Source: an uncultured Clostridia bacterium
GTDB lineage: Bacteria > Bacillota > Clostridia > TANB77 > CAG-508
Direction of reading: 5' to 3'
NCBI GenBank assembly: GCA_947626025.1
Contig: CANQQQ010000003.1
Location: forward strand, 1-63,584
Length of the DNA stretch: 63,584 bases
Positions 11,002 through 22,340 of the stretch are shown here, in pieces. Made by a program: the position numbers and the translations under genes. Under the pieces are notes generated by a model. That model saw only the letters and a program-made list of their open reading frames with translations. It was not told the DNA's origin and ran no database searches. Within the stretch, counting starts at the first letter, position 1. Every line of letters starts with the position of its first letter.

Positions 11002-12618
11002 TTAATATTGTCTTACCCAATCTTCTATATTGTAAAATATATTATAAAAATTTGGTGATACTTTACCTTGTAAATCTTGTGTATATATTACTGTGCATCT
11101 ATTAAAATATAAACTAATATATGGTCTTTCCTCTTCAACTAATCTAATTAATTGTTTGTATTTATTTTGTAATTCATCAGGACTATCTGATGTATCTGCA
11201 ATCTCTCTTAATAATTCCTTAGCTTCTGGATCATCAAAATTAGATAAATTATCTTCACCTATATAGCTTGTTAAATCCGGACTAATTCCTATTAGCTTAC
11301 CTGTTAAGATCATATCATAGTTTTTATCTGCTAAATATCTATTATATTGTGAATCACTTGCCTTTATGATATTTACTATTATTCCAACTTCTTCTAGCTG
11401 TTTTTCAATTTCTTCTGCTACAGATACCCTGCTTGAGTTACTTGCATTTACTACTAAATTAACTTTTGCCCTTATAGTTGTATAATTTTCGTATTTTTGC
11501 CAATTTCCATTCTTAAGTTCCCATCCTGCATCTTCTAATAGTTCTTTTGACTTATTTGTATTATATGTAGAACTTACTTTTTCTACATTGTATAAATAGT
11601 TCTCATTACTTATTGGAAAATCTGCAGTATAATATTTATTTTCATATACTGTAGTGATTATATTAGATTTATCTATCGCATAATTTATTGCACTTCTCAA
11701 TTCCTCATTTTCTAATATTCTACTTGAACAATTTAATGCTAAAAAATCATATTCTCTTCCTACATATTCTGCAGTATTATATCCCATTGTTCCTATATAA
11801 TCTTCATAGTTTAAGCTTTGTGTAGTTATTAAATCAACGTTTCCTAGTTTAAAGGCATTATATGCCTCACCTGCTGAAGTATATAGTTTTACTAAAACAG
11901 TATCCAAAGATAATTTTTTGCCTTCTAATAATCCCCACCATGTATTATTTTTTTTAAGTTCTATTTCTGTGCTTGTTATATTTCCAATCATATATTTTCC
12001 TGTTCCTGGTGCATTATTATTTTTTGCACTTGTTGCAATTGTATCTTCTTCATAGTATTTAGATGACATTATTGGAAATGTAAGATTATATTCAAAAAAC
12101 GGTATTTTATCATCTATTGTTATTTTTACGGTATAAGTACTTAGTATTTCTACATTCGTTATATGTTCTACATTCGAATAATAAATTGAAGTTGATCCAA
12201 TTTGTTGTATCTGTTCTATTGTAAACTTTACATCAGTAGCTGTAAGTTGTCCACCACCTTGCCAGCTAACTCCTTCCTTAAGAACTACTACATAAGCGGT
12301 ATCATTTAAACTTATCCATTCTTTTGCAAGACAATTTTCTATCTTATAATCTTCTGTTACTGAAAGCATTGGTTCATATATTAACTTTGATATATCCTGA
12401 ACATTTTGATTATTACTTATTATCGGGTTTATCGTATCTAAGTTAACAGCTGAAACCCTTAGAGTAGTTATAGTAGTTAAATTATTTTCTTCATCTGTCT
12501 GAGATATATTTTCATCAATATTCTCTTCATTTCCTTTTTTATTTAAATATATAGCATATATAATTAGTGCTATTACGAATATTACAAATATATATTTCAA
12601 AATGTTATGCTTTTTCAT
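11002..12618 (-). CDS. Family 5 (OppA/DppA-like) ABC substrate-binding protein, orphan
   Basis: LIYEPML..LA, TATDVKFT, PGTGKY, LRSAINYAID motifs; N-terminal TM helix with no lipobox Cys. Confidence 0.85.
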   Translation of the reverse strand: MKKHNILKYIFVIFVIALIIYAIYLNKKGNEENIDENISQTDEENNLTTITTLRVSAVNLDTINPIISNNQNVQDISKLIYEPMLSVTEDYKIENCLAKEWISLNDTAYVVVLKEGVSWQGGGQLTATDVKFTIEQIQQIGSTSIYYSNVEHITNVEILSTYTVKITIDDKIPFFEYNLTFPIMSSKYYEEDTIATSAKNNNAPGTGKYMIGNITSTEIELKKNNTWWGLLEGKKLSLDTVLVKLYTSAGEAYNAFKLGNVDLITTQSLNYEDYIGTMGYNTAEYVGREYDFLALNCSSRILENEELRSAINYAIDKSNIITTVYENKYYTADFPISNENYLYNVEKVSSTYNTNKSKELLEDAGWELKNGNWQKYENYTTIRAKVNLVVNASNSSRVSVAEEIEKQLEEVGIIVNIIKASDSQYNRYLADKNYDMILTGKLIGISPDLTSYIGEDNLSNFDDPEAKELLREIADTSDSPDELQNKYKQLIRLVEEERPYISLYFNRCTVIYTQDLQGKVSPNFYNIFYNIEDWVRQY

Positions 12619-12800
12619 AGTTAATTCCTTTCCAAAGAATTTTTATAGAACATATTTTATATTATTTTCCATTTTTATGCAATATATAATTCTTTATAAA
12701 GTTAGTTGTTTTTATTTTTTTGTTATAACTCTTATACAGAATTAATCTAAAAATTATATAACAGAAAAGGATAAACTTTATGTTTATCCCTTTACTATTA

Positions 12801-13529
12801 TTAATTTTCTTCCCAATTATGGAATACTTCTGAAACGTCATCTAAGTCATCTAATCTTTCTAGTAATCTTTCCATAACTTCTGCACCATGCTCATCTAAT
12901 TTAATATAAGAAGTTGGCACCATTTGGATATCTGCTTCAACAAATTCTAAACCATTTTGTTCTAACTTTTCTCTAACTCCTGAAAAGCTTTCTGGAGAAG
13001 TTGTTACCTCATAATAATCTTCCCCTACTTCAAAGTCATCTGCTCCACATTCTAATGCAAGCATCATTAACTCATCTTCACTCATATTAGTACTTGCCTG
13101 CTCTATAACAATTATTCCTTTTCTATTAAACATATATGATACACAACCACTAGTTCCTAAAGATCCTCCAGATTTGTCAAAAGCATGTCTTACATCTGCA
13201 GCTGTTCTGTTTCTATTATCAGTTGTTGCATTTACAATAATAGCAACCCCATTTGGTCCATATCCTTCATATGTTACTTCTTCATAATTCTCATTATTTC
13301 CAGCACCTGATGCTCTTTTTATTGCATTATTTATAGTATCATTTGGCATATTTGCTGCTTTACATTTTGCTATAACGTCTTTTAATTTTGAATTTCCTGC
13401 TGGATCTGGTCCTCCTTGTTTGACAGCTATTAGTAACTCTCTTCCTAATTTAGTAAATATCTTTCCTCTTGCAGCATCTGCCTTTCCCTTTTTTGCTTGA
13501 ATATTATGCCATTTGCTATGACCTGACAT
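12801..13529 (-). CDS. YebC/PmpR family protein
   Basis: [25 protein letters not shown] motifs. Confidence 0.96.
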   Translation of the reverse strand: MSGHSKWHNIQAKKGKADAARGKIFTKLGRELLIAVKQGGPDPAGNSKLKDVIAKCKAANMPNDTINNAIKRASGAGNNENYEEVTYEGYGPNGVAIIVNATTDNRNRTAADVRHAFDKSGGSLGTSGCVSYMFNRKGIIVIEQASTNMSEDELMMLALECGADDFEVGEDYYEVTTSPESFSGVREKLEQNGLEFVEADIQMVPTSYIKLDEHGAEVMERLLERLDDLDDVSEVFHNWEEN

Positions 13530-13649
13530 TGTAATCTCCTCCTTTTATTATCACTCTAATACATTATTAACTGATATTATTTCTCAAATATTGTAACATA
13601 TTTTTTCTATTTTGTGTAGTGTTCTTATAAATTTTACCCATGTTATAAT

Positions 13650-14609
13650 TTATATATTAAATAATAATGTCATATAAATAGCATAAAGAACTAAATATAC
13701 TACTCCATTAGGTCTATTCATTCTATTTTTAGGCGGTATTAGTGGAAATAACGATAATAGTACTATTCCCACTATTAGCATTCCCATGTCTAAATTATAT
13801 GACATGTTATATGCAATTGGATTTATAATTGAAACTATTCCTATTATTAGTAACATATTAAATATATTTGAGCCAATAATATTTCCTATTGCTATGTCAC
13901 TATTTCCTTTAATGGCTGCCACAACACTTGTTACTAATTCTGGTAGACTTGTCCCTATTGCTAGAATTGTTAAGCTAATAATCTTCTCACTTATTCCAAA
14001 TCTTTCCGCTATAATTACTGCATTATCTACTGTTAAATCTCCACCTATTTTTAGACCAATTATTCCTACTATAATGAATAAAATACTTTTAAAAGTAGAT
14101 ACTTGTTTGGTATCAGCTTGTATTTCTACAATAGTATCTTCCTTATCAAATTGTTCACCTTTTTTTGACATAAATACCGTATATGATATAAATATAATAA
14201 ATAACGCTATTAATATAAATCCTTCAATCTTTGATATTTCGGCTCCTGTATTGCAAAATATCATGAAAATTATAGTAAAGAATAAACACATAGGTATTTC
14301 TATTAATCTAGTTTCTCTTTGAAACTTTATTGGTCTAATCACTGTAGATAAACCTAAAATTAATAATAAATTACATATATTACTTCCTATTACATTGCCC
14401 ATTGACATATCAGGACGTCCATCTAAAGATGATGCTATACTTACAACTAGCTCAGGCATTGAAGTTCCTATTGAAACAATTGTTAACCCTATTATTATCT
14501 CTGGAATATGAAATTTTTTGGCTATGTCACTTGCACCATCTACTAGAAGATCTGCTCCTTTTATAAGTAATATAAATCCTAATATAATTAAAATCACTGA
14601 TAATATCAC
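13650..14609 (-). CDS. Ca2+/Na+ antiporter (YrbG-like, CaCA family)
   Basis: Duplicated GTSMPEL/GTSLPEL and GSNI alpha repeats; GTG start. Confidence 0.92.
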   Translation of the reverse strand: MILSVILIILGFILLIKGADLLVDGASDIAKKFHIPEIIIGLTIVSIGTSMPELVVSIASSLDGRPDMSMGNVIGSNICNLLLILGLSTVIRPIKFQRETRLIEIPMCLFFTIIFMIFCNTGAEISKIEGFILIALFIIFISYTVFMSKKGEQFDKEDTIVEIQADTKQVSTFKSILFIIVGIIGLKIGGDLTVDNAVIIAERFGISEKIISLTILAIGTSLPELVTSVVAAIKGNSDIAIGNIIGSNIFNMLLIIGIVSIINPIAYNMSYNLDMGMLIVGIVLLSLFPLIPPKNRMNRPNGVVYLVLYAIYMTLLFNI

Positions 14610-14624
14610 TTTTTATCCCCCTTC

Positions 14625-15144
14625 CTAAACCTTATATTCTTTTAAAAGTCCTCGATATACTTCTTGTAATCCATATATTTTTAAAATTTTCTGGTCTTAC
14701 CGTCTCTGGCAGTCCAGTACTTATTTCCGCTTTCTCCATTAAATACTTTACAAATTCAGCACAATAAAATGATTGTTTCTGTATTATTTTTTTATGAACT
14801 CCTACAGCAAATAGTCCTATTATATTAAATTTATAATTTTTTCTATCTTTTTTTATTTGTTTTATCGTGTTTTTTATAATCTCATATTGCTCTTCTGTGA
14901 TCTCTAAAGAATATATGATAGCTATAGTCTTGTCAAATTTTTTAAATGTGCCCTTATCTATATATTCATGTACAAAACCTCCCCAAAAAGGATTATTAGG
15001 GTTTAACCTACCAAAGCTATACATTTTCTTTAACGCTATATCCAATGAAATTGAAGCATGAGAAACTTCATCTTTTGTGTAAGCTTTAATAATATGAGAT
15101 AACATCGTTCCTGTATGAGTTAATACTATATATATTTTTTTCAT
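14625..15144 (-). CDS. Permuted papain-like (YiiX/YaeF-type NlpC/P60) protein, possibly frameshifted near the C-terminus
   Basis: His (VSHASI) before Cys (FYCAEFV); start at ATG 15144 after GGAGA; reading-frame stop at 14632, alternative-frame tail GLQEVYRGLLKEYKV ends at 14625. Confidence 0.6.
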
Positions 15145-15248
15145 GCTTAAATAATCCATCTCCATTTTATACAAAATCTAAAATTCATTAGGTATTTATA
15201 TTATCATAAAAAGAAGTAATTATCAAGTTAATTACTTCTTTTTATAAA

Positions 15249-15488
15249 CTATTTATTATTTTTTATATATTTTACTACATCTCCTACAGTAACAATCTTT
15301 TCAGCATCTGCATCTGGGATTTCCATATCAAACTCTTCTTCTATATTCATTATTAACTCTACAATATCTAATGAATCTGCTTCTAAATCATCTACAAAAG
15401 TCGCTTCCTCTGTTACAATTTTCTCATCAATATCCAATTGATTTACTATAATATCTCTCAATTTTCCTAATATTTCGTTCTCGCTCAT
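15249..15488 (-). CDS. acpP: Acyl carrier protein
   Basis: [12 protein letters not shown] phosphopantetheine site; start set to the second ATG by RBS spacing. Confidence 0.96.
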   Translation of the reverse strand: MSENEILGKLRDIIVNQLDIDEKIVTEEATFVDDLEADSLDIVELIMNIEEEFDMEIPDADAEKIVTVGDVVKYIKNNK

Positions 15489-15564
15489 CTTTACTATCAT
15501 TCCTTTCTTTATTTTTAGTGAAAAAAGTATGTAGTCTAATACAACACTTATTTTGCATCAAATA

Positions 15565-16338
15565 TTAAACTCCCATAATGTTATATCCACTGTCTGCATA
15601 TATAACTTGACCAGTTATAGCATCTGACATATCACTTAGTAAGAATGTTGCAACATTCCCTACTTGAGTTGTTGTTACATTTCTATGTAATGGTGATTTT
15701 TCTTCTACAACAGTTAAAATTGTTGAGAAGTCCTTTATTCCTTTTGCAGATAATGTTTTTATAGGACCCGCTGAAATTGCATTTACTCTTATACTTTCCT
15801 TACCTAAATTTTCTGCTAAATATCTAACACTTGCCTCTAATGCTGCTTTAGCAATTCCCATAACATTATAACCCTCTAATACTTTTGTTGAACCATGATA
15901 TGTTAAAGTTACTAAATTAGCATTATCATTTAGCATATCTAGTTCCTTTGCCATTCTTGTGCAAAGTACAAATGAGTAAGCACTTACATCTATAGCATGC
16001 GCATATCCTTCTTTACTTGTATATATAAAATCATTATGCAAGTCTTCTGTATTGGCATGTGCAATAGCATGAACTATACCATCTACTTTTCCATTTTCTT
16101 CTTTAATCTGTGAAAAAACTTTTCTAACTAAATCATCTTCTGAGGCACCATCTAATACGTAAGCCTTGCTCCCTTCAAATTCACTTATAAGTTCTTCTAT
16201 TTTATCCTTATTTTCTTCTCCCATATATGTAAAAATTAACTTTGCTCCATTATCATAAGCAGATTTTGCAATTCCATATGCAATACTCCACTTATTTCTT
16301 ATTCCCATAATTAATATTTTTTTATCCTTTAATAACAT
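15565..16338 (-). CDS. fabI: Enoyl-ACP reductase FabI
   Basis: SIAYGIA, YNVMGIAKAALE (Y-x6-K), RVNAISAGPIKTL. Confidence 0.93.
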   Translation of the reverse strand: MLLKDKKILIMGIRNKWSIAYGIAKSAYDNGAKLIFTYMGEENKDKIEELISEFEGSKAYVLDGASEDDLVRKVFSQIKEENGKVDGIVHAIAHANTEDLHNDFIYTSKEGYAHAIDVSAYSFVLCTRMAKELDMLNDNANLVTLTYHGSTKVLEGYNVMGIAKAALEASVRYLAENLGKESIRVNAISAGPIKTLSAKGIKDFSTILTVVEEKSPLHRNVTTTQVGNVATFLLSDMSDAITGQVIYADSGYNIMGV

Positions 16339-16348
16339 CTTATTCCTC

Positions 16349-17161
16349 CTATAACTTTATAAATTCTCCCATATTTCTAAATCGCTCATATCTGTTTTGT
16401 ACGATATATTCTACAGTATGTTTATTCAATTCTTCTATTGAAATCTTTATTTCTTTTTTTAAGTTGTTAACTATCTTTTTAAAACCTTCTTCATCATTTT
16501 CAATAGGTTCTTTTATTATTTTATCTATTACTTTTAGATTATATAAATCCTTTGCGGTTAATTTCATTTTCTCTGCCGCCTCTTTATACCTACTTGAATC
16601 TTTCCATAAAATACTACTATAGCCCTCTGGTGAAAGTATTGAATAAATTGCATTTTCTAGCATAATTACTTTATTTGCTACACCTATTGCTAAAGCACCC
16701 CCACTTGATCCTTCGCCAACTACTATTGAAATTATTGGAACTTTCAATTTAGCCATTTCGAACATTGATTTAGCAATAGCTTCACCTTGACCTCTTTCTT
16801 CTGCCCCAATTCCTGGATATGCTCCCTTTGTATCTATAAAAGTAATTACTGGTCTTTTAAATTTCTCAGCTTGCTTCATAAATCTTATTGCTTTTCTGTA
16901 GCTTTCTGGATTAGGCATTCCAAAGTTTCTCTCAATATTTTCCTTTGTTGTTCTTCCTTTTTGTTCTGCAATTATTGTAAAATTTTGTTCTCCAATCCTT
17001 GCTAAACCACATACTATTGCTTTATCATCTTTAAAATTTCTATCTCCATGTAATTCCATAAAATCATCAAATATCTTTTCGATATAATCAAGAGAGGTCT
17101 TCCTCTTAGGATTTCTTGCTATCTCAACTCTTTCCCATGCAGTAACTTTTTTATTCATCAC
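16349..17161 (-). CDS. accA: Acetyl-CoA carboxylase carboxyltransferase alpha
   Basis: [35 protein letters not shown]. Confidence 0.96.
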   Translation of the reverse strand: MMNKKVTAWERVEIARNPKRKTSLDYIEKIFDDFMELHGDRNFKDDKAIVCGLARIGEQNFTIIAEQKGRTTKENIERNFGMPNPESYRKAIRFMKQAEKFKRPVITFIDTKGAYPGIGAEERGQGEAIAKSMFEMAKLKVPIISIVVGEGSSGGALAIGVANKVIMLENAIYSILSPEGYSSILWKDSSRYKEAAEKMKLTAKDLYNLKVIDKIIKEPIENDEEGFKKIVNNLKKEIKISIEELNKHTVEYIVQNRYERFRNMGEFIKL

Positions 17162-18011
17162 TTACCATACCTCCTTTGTTGAATTTTATTAATTTATAAA
17201 TTGTGTCCTTTAAGTCTTTTCTTTCTACTATCTTATCTATAAACCCATGTTCTAATAAAAATTCAGAGGTCTGGAAACCTTCTGGTAAAGATTCACCTAT
17301 AGTTTGTTCTATAACTCTTTGTCCTGCAAAGCCTATCATAGCATTTGGTTCTGCTAATATAATATCTCCTAGGCTTGCAAATGAAGCTGTAACTCCTCCA
17401 TAAGTTGGATCAGTTAGAACTGATATATATAATAGACCTGCTTCATCTAATTTTGTAAGTGCAGCAGTTGTTTTTGCCATTTGCATTAATGATATTATAC
17501 CTTCTTGCATCCTCGCTCCACCTGAAACAGAAAATATAATAAGTGGTAACTTTTTCTCTACTGCTTGCTCTATACTATATGTGATTTTTTCTCCTACTAC
17601 AATTCCCATACTTCCCATTAAAAATGCACTATCCATTATGCAAATCACTACTTTTTCTCCATTAATATTTCCTGTACCACAACTTACTGCTTCTTCAAGT
17701 CCTGTTTTTTCTCTTAATATTTTTAACTTTTTTGGATAATCCTCTAATTCTAGAGGATTAGTTGTTTCAATATTTATATCAAATCTCTCATAAGTTCCAT
17801 CATCTATTATAAGTTCTAATCTTTTTCCAATATGCATTCTAAAATAATGTCCACAATTTGGACAAATGTTTAAATTTTTTCTTACTGCCTCTTTATAAAT
17901 AATTTCCTTACAATTATCACATTTTATCCATTTGCCTATTGGTATATCTACATTGGTCTTTCTTTTTTTTATATTCTTTGTTTCTTGTTTTTTTATTTTA
18001 TCAACAATCAT
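17151..18011 (-). CDS. accD: Acetyl-CoA carboxylase carboxyltransferase beta
   Basis: C4 zinc ribbon, [24 protein letters not shown]. Confidence 0.96.
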   Translation of the reverse strand: MIVDKIKKQETKNIKKRKTNVDIPIGKWIKCDNCKEIIYKEAVRKNLNICPNCGHYFRMHIGKRLELIIDDGTYERFDINIETTNPLELEDYPKKLKILREKTGLEEAVSCGTGNINGEKVVICIMDSAFLMGSMGIVVGEKITYSIEQAVEKKLPLIIFSVSGGARMQEGIISLMQMAKTTAALTKLDEAGLLYISVLTDPTYGGVTASFASLGDIILAEPNAMIGFAGQRVIEQTIGESLPEGFQTSEFLLEHGFIDKIVERKDLKDTIYKLIKFNKGGMVSDE

Positions 18012-18014
18012 TTT

Positions 18015-19379
18015 CTATTCCTCTTTCTTTATAGCTGGACTTTTTAGTATTTCACTTTCTATAAATGATGTATCAAAGTTTCCTCTAATAAAATTTGGAT
18101 TTCTTATTATATTAAATATAAAATCTATATTAGTATCAACACCATCGATAACTAATTCTTGTAGTGCCCTTTTCATTTTTGCTATTGCTTCATTTCGTGT
18201 TGCTCCATGTGTTATAATTTTTGCAATCATAGAATCATAATTAGGTGGTATTGTGTAACCATTGTATATTGCTGTATCTACTCTCACGCCATTGCCTCCT
18301 GGAAGATTTATTTCATTAATTTTTCCTGCACAAGGCATGAAATTTTTTATAGGGTTTTCCGCATTAATTCTACATTCTATAGAATGACCTTTAAACTCTA
18401 TATCTTTTTGCTTAAACTTTAATTCTTCTCCTGCTGCAATTCTTATTTGTTCTTTTACAATGTCTAAGCCCGTTCTCATTTCCGTTATAGGATGTTCAAC
18501 TTGAATTCTTGTATTCATTTCCATAAAATAAAAATTCTTATCATCATCTACTAAAAATTCTACAGTTCCACAACTTGTATATCCTGCAGTTTTTGCTGCC
18601 TTTACTGCTACATTTCCCATTTTATTTCTTAGCTTATCATCTATTATCGTTGATGGTGTTTCTTCTATTATTTTTTGATGTCTTCTTTGAATTGAACAAT
18701 CTCTTTCCCCTAAATGAACTACATTTCCATGCTCATCTGCCAATATTTGAATTTCAACATGTCTTGGATTCTTTATAAATTTTTCTATGTAAATTTCATC
18801 ATCATTAAATGAATTCTTTGCCTCTTGCTTTACTATATTGTAATTTGTTTCTAATTCATTATTATTATTTGCTATTCTAATGCCTTTCCCACCACCACCA
18901 GCTGCTGCTTTTAGCATAACAGGATAACCTATTTTTTCAGCAATTACTATTGCATCTTTTAATCCTTTTACGCTTCCATCTGATCCTGGTATAACTGGAA
19001 TACCTGCTTGTTTCATAATTTCTTTGCTATTTGATTTATTGCCTAATAAATTTATTACTTTTGAAGTAGGACCTATAAATTTTATATTAGATTCCTCACA
19101 TATTTTAGCAAATTCAGCATTTTCAGATAGAAATCCAAAGCCTGGATGAATGCTATCACTTCCTGTTACATATGCTGCTTCAATAATATTCTTTATATTT
19201 AAATAACTCTTTGTAGCTACTGCTGGTCCTATACAAATTGCTTCATCCGCTAAACGAGTATGTAATGCATCTTTATCTATATCAGAATAAACTGCAACAG
19301 TTTTAATATTCATTTCCTTACAAGCTCTAATAATGCGAACAGCAATCTCTCCTCTGTTTGCAATTAATATTTTATTCAT
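18015..19379 (-). CDS. accC: Biotin carboxylase
   Basis: KILIANRGEIA, HPGFGFLSEN, GGGGKG, EMNTRIQVEH; start trimmed to MNKIL. Confidence 0.97.
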   Translation of the reverse strand: MNKILIANRGEIAVRIIRACKEMNIKTVAVYSDIDKDALHTRLADEAICIGPAVATKSYLNIKNIIEAAYVTGSDSIHPGFGFLSENAEFAKICEESNIKFIGPTSKVINLLGNKSNSKEIMKQAGIPVIPGSDGSVKGLKDAIVIAEKIGYPVMLKAAAGGGGKGIRIANNNNELETNYNIVKQEAKNSFNDDEIYIEKFIKNPRHVEIQILADEHGNVVHLGERDCSIQRRHQKIIEETPSTIIDDKLRNKMGNVAVKAAKTAGYTSCGTVEFLVDDDKNFYFMEMNTRIQVEHPITEMRTGLDIVKEQIRIAAGEELKFKQKDIEFKGHSIECRINAENPIKNFMPCAGKINEINLPGGNGVRVDTAIYNGYTIPPNYDSMIAKIITHGATRNEAIAKMKRALQELVIDGVDTNIDFIFNIIRNPNFIRGNFDTSFIESEILKSPAIKKEE

Positions 19380-19416
19380 CTTAATATCACCCCTCTTTAT
19401 GGAAATAAACCTCATT

Positions 19417-19839
19417 TTAAACTAATGCAAATGTTAATTCACCTTTTGCTGCAACGACCCCATCAACTGTTGCTATTGCTTCTCCTACTCCTATTGGTCC
19501 TTTTCTTTTTATAATCTTGACTTCTAATTTTAATCTATCTCCTGGTACTACCACTTTCTTAAACTTCATTTTATCAATTCCACCAAATAAAGCATTTTTT
19601 CCTTTATTCTCTTCCATAGATAAAATTGCTACTGCCCCTGTTTGTGCAAGAGCTTCTGTTATTAGAACTCCTGGCATTATAGGATTTCCTGGAAAATGTC
19701 CTTTAAAGTACCATTCACTTGCATCTACATTTTTATATGCTATTGCACTTTCTCCTGGCTTATATTCTTCTACTTCATCTATCATTAAAAAAGGCTCTCT
19801 TTGTGGAATAATGTCTTTTATTTCATCTTTACCTAACAT
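19417..19839 (-). CDS. fabZ: 3-hydroxyacyl-ACP dehydratase
   Basis: PFLMID, FKGHFPGNPIMPGVLITEALAQ. Confidence 0.97.
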   Translation of the reverse strand: MLGKDEIKDIIPQREPFLMIDEVEEYKPGESAIAYKNVDASEWYFKGHFPGNPIMPGVLITEALAQTGAVAILSMEENKGKNALFGGIDKMKFKKVVVPGDRLKLEVKIIKRKGPIGVGEAIATVDGVVAAKGELTFALV

Positions 19840-19855
19840 TTTGATTTTCCTTTCT

Positions 19856-20281
19856 CTATTTTATTCTAAATAAAGGAGTTCCATATTCTACTATGTCTCC
19901 ATCTTTAACTAAGACTTCAACTACTTCTCCTGAAAATTCTGATTCAATTTCATTCATTAATTTCATTGCCTCTATTATGCAAAGTATTTCTCCTTTTTTT
20001 ACCATTTTTCCTACTTCAACATATGGTTCTGATGCTGGAGAAGGTTTTATATAAAATGTTCCAACCATTGGAGATTTTACTATATTTCCTACATCTTCTT
20101 TTACATCTATAAATTTTTCCTCTTGCTTAGCTTCTTGAATTTCTTTACTTACTACAATAGTATCTTGTTTTGTTTCTTTTCTCATACTAATTTTTGTACC
20201 ATCTGGAAAATCTATATCAATAGCTGTTAATTTAGAATTTCCCATATCATCCATTAATTTTTTTATTTTTTCATATTCCAT
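19856..20281 (-). CDS. accB: Biotin carboxyl carrier protein
   Basis: SPMVGTFY, EAMKLMN biotinylation motif. Confidence 0.97.
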   Translation of the reverse strand: MEYEKIKKLMDDMGNSKLTAIDIDFPDGTKISMRKETKQDTIVVSKEIQEAKQEEKFIDVKEDVGNIVKSPMVGTFYIKPSPASEPYVEVGKMVKKGEILCIIEAMKLMNEIESEFSGEVVEVLVKDGDIVEYGTPLFRIK

Positions 20282-20317
20282 AAATTATCTTCCCTTCTTG
20301 CTTAAAACTCAAAAAAT

Positions 20318-21562
20318 TTATTTTTCACTCATATATTTCTTTATGATTATGCATGCATTGTGTCCTCCAAATCCCAAAGAATTTGACATTACTATATTAA
20401 TATTTGCCTTTCTTAGTTCGTTAGGTACTATATCTAAATCACATTCTTCATCTTTTATTCTATAATTTATCGTTGCAGGTACTAATTGATCTTCGATTGC
20501 TTTAACACTAAGCACTGCTTCTACTCCCCCTGCTGCTCCTAATAAATGTCCAATATTTCCTTTGGTTGAACTTATCATTACTTTTTTGCTTGCATCACCT
20601 AAAGCTTTTTTGATAGCTAATGTTTCTGTAGAATCATTTAGATGTGTAGAAGTTCCGTGTGCATTTATATAATCTATATTTTCCGGTTTAATTTTTGCAT
20701 CTTCTAAAGCTCTAATCATTGCTTTTGCTCCTGCATTGCCTTCTGGATCTGGTGAAGTTATATGATATGCATCCGTAGTAGAGCCAAATCCTATAATCTC
20801 AGCATATATTTTAGCCCCTCTTGCTTTTGCATGTTCTAATTCCTCAAGTATAACCATTCCTGCGCCTTCTCCCATAACAAATCCGCTTCTTTCTTTATCA
20901 AAAGGGATACTTGCTCTTGTTTTGTCCGTTCCTGTATGTAAAGCTTTCATATTTTCAAAGCCTGCAATTCCAATTGGACATATTGAAGCTTCTGTTCCAC
21001 CTGCTATAATTGCATCTTCATATCCCTGTTTTATAGTTTTATATGCCTCTCCTATAGCATGTGTTGAAGAAGCACATGCTGTTACTATTGATACTGATTC
21101 TCCTTTAAATCCAAATTCTATAGCAATATTTCCTGCAGGCATATTGGCTATTGCCATAGGTATAAACATTGGAGAGACTCTATTATTACCTTTTACATAA
21201 TTTATCTCGCATTGTTCTTGGATTGTTGTTAGTCCTCCTATTCCAGAACTTACAAAAATTCCTACTCTATCATAATTTGTATTTTCTTTTGTTATTCCAC
21301 TATCTTTTACTGCTTCTCTTGCAGAAATAATCGCAAATTGAGATGACCTATCAAATCTTTTTACTTGCTTTGGTTCAAAATATTCTAATGGATTATAATT
21401 CTTAACTTCTGCTGCCAATGTTGTTTTAAAGTTTGAAGTATCAAATAAAGAAATCTTATCAATTCCACAAGTTTTATTTTCTATTCCTTCCCATGTTTCT
21501 GCTACATTTTTTCCTATTGGAGTTATTGCTCCTAAACCAGTAATTACAACTCTCTTTTCCAT
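20318..21562 (-). CDS. fabF: Beta-ketoacyl-ACP synthase II
   Basis: VVITGLG, TACASS, NAHGTST, SNSLGFGGHN; start trimmed to MEKR. Confidence 0.96.
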   Translation of the reverse strand: MEKRVVITGLGAITPIGKNVAETWEGIENKTCGIDKISLFDTSNFKTTLAAEVKNYNPLEYFEPKQVKRFDRSSQFAIISAREAVKDSGITKENTNYDRVGIFVSSGIGGLTTIQEQCEINYVKGNNRVSPMFIPMAIANMPAGNIAIEFGFKGESVSIVTACASSTHAIGEAYKTIKQGYEDAIIAGGTEASICPIGIAGFENMKALHTGTDKTRASIPFDKERSGFVMGEGAGMVILEELEHAKARGAKIYAEIIGFGSTTDAYHITSPDPEGNAGAKAMIRALEDAKIKPENIDYINAHGTSTHLNDSTETLAIKKALGDASKKVMISSTKGNIGHLLGAAGGVEAVLSVKAIEDQLVPATINYRIKDEECDLDIVPNELRKANINIVMSNSLGFGGHNACIIIKKYMSEK

Positions 21563-21605
21563 ATCGTTTTCCTTTCTTTTTATCATTTTATGTATAATAT
21601 AAATA

Positions 21606-22340
21606 TTACATTACCATTCCGCCGTCTACATTAATAACTTGACCAGTTATATATGAACTATCTTCTGAAGCTAAAAACTTTACTAAATTTGCAACATCTT
21701 CTACTTTTCCCATTCTTCTTAATGGAATTGCTTTTGCAATTTCTTCTTTAATTTCGTCTTTTAATACTCCTGTCATATCTGTCTCTATAAATCCAGGTGC
21801 TACTGCATTTACCAATATATTTCTTGATGCCAGCTCTTTAGCAAGACTCTTTGTAAAGCCAATTATCCCTGCTTTCGAAGCAGAATAATTTGTTTGACCA
21901 GCATTACCTACAACTCCAACAACAGATGATAAATTTATTATTCTTCCCGAACGTGCTTTCATCATATATTGGATAACATTTTTGGTTACATTAAATGTTC
22001 CAACTAGGTTTATATCAATTACTTCTTGGAAATCTTCTTTTTTCATTCTCATTAATAGCATATCTTTAGTAATTCCTGCATTATTTACTAATACATCAAT
22101 TTTTCCGAATTTATCTATAATTTCTTTTATCATTCTTTCACAATCTTCAAAATTAGAGACATCTCCTTGTACTGTTAAACACCTACCCCCCTCTGTTTCA
22201 ATCTCTTTTTTTGTATTTGTTAAAGCATCATTTTCTGTTCTATAATTAACTGCAATATCATATCCATCTTTTGCAAGTGTAATTGCTATTTGTTTTCCTA
22301 TTCCGCGAGTACCTCCAGTTATAAATGCAATCTTATTCAT
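21606..22340 (-). CDS. fabG: 3-oxoacyl-ACP reductase
   Basis: TGGTRGIG, NNAGITKD, NYSASKAG; position within the fab cluster. Confidence 0.95.
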   Translation of the reverse strand: MNKIAFITGGTRGIGKQIAITLAKDGYDIAVNYRTENDALTNTKKEIETEGGRCLTVQGDVSNFEDCERMIKEIIDKFGKIDVLVNNAGITKDMLLMRMKKEDFQEVIDINLVGTFNVTKNVIQYMMKARSGRIINLSSVVGVVGNAGQTNYSASKAGIIGFTKSLAKELASRNILVNAVAPGFIETDMTGVLKDEIKEEIAKAIPLRRMGKVEDVANLVKFLASEDSSYITGQVINVDGGMVM

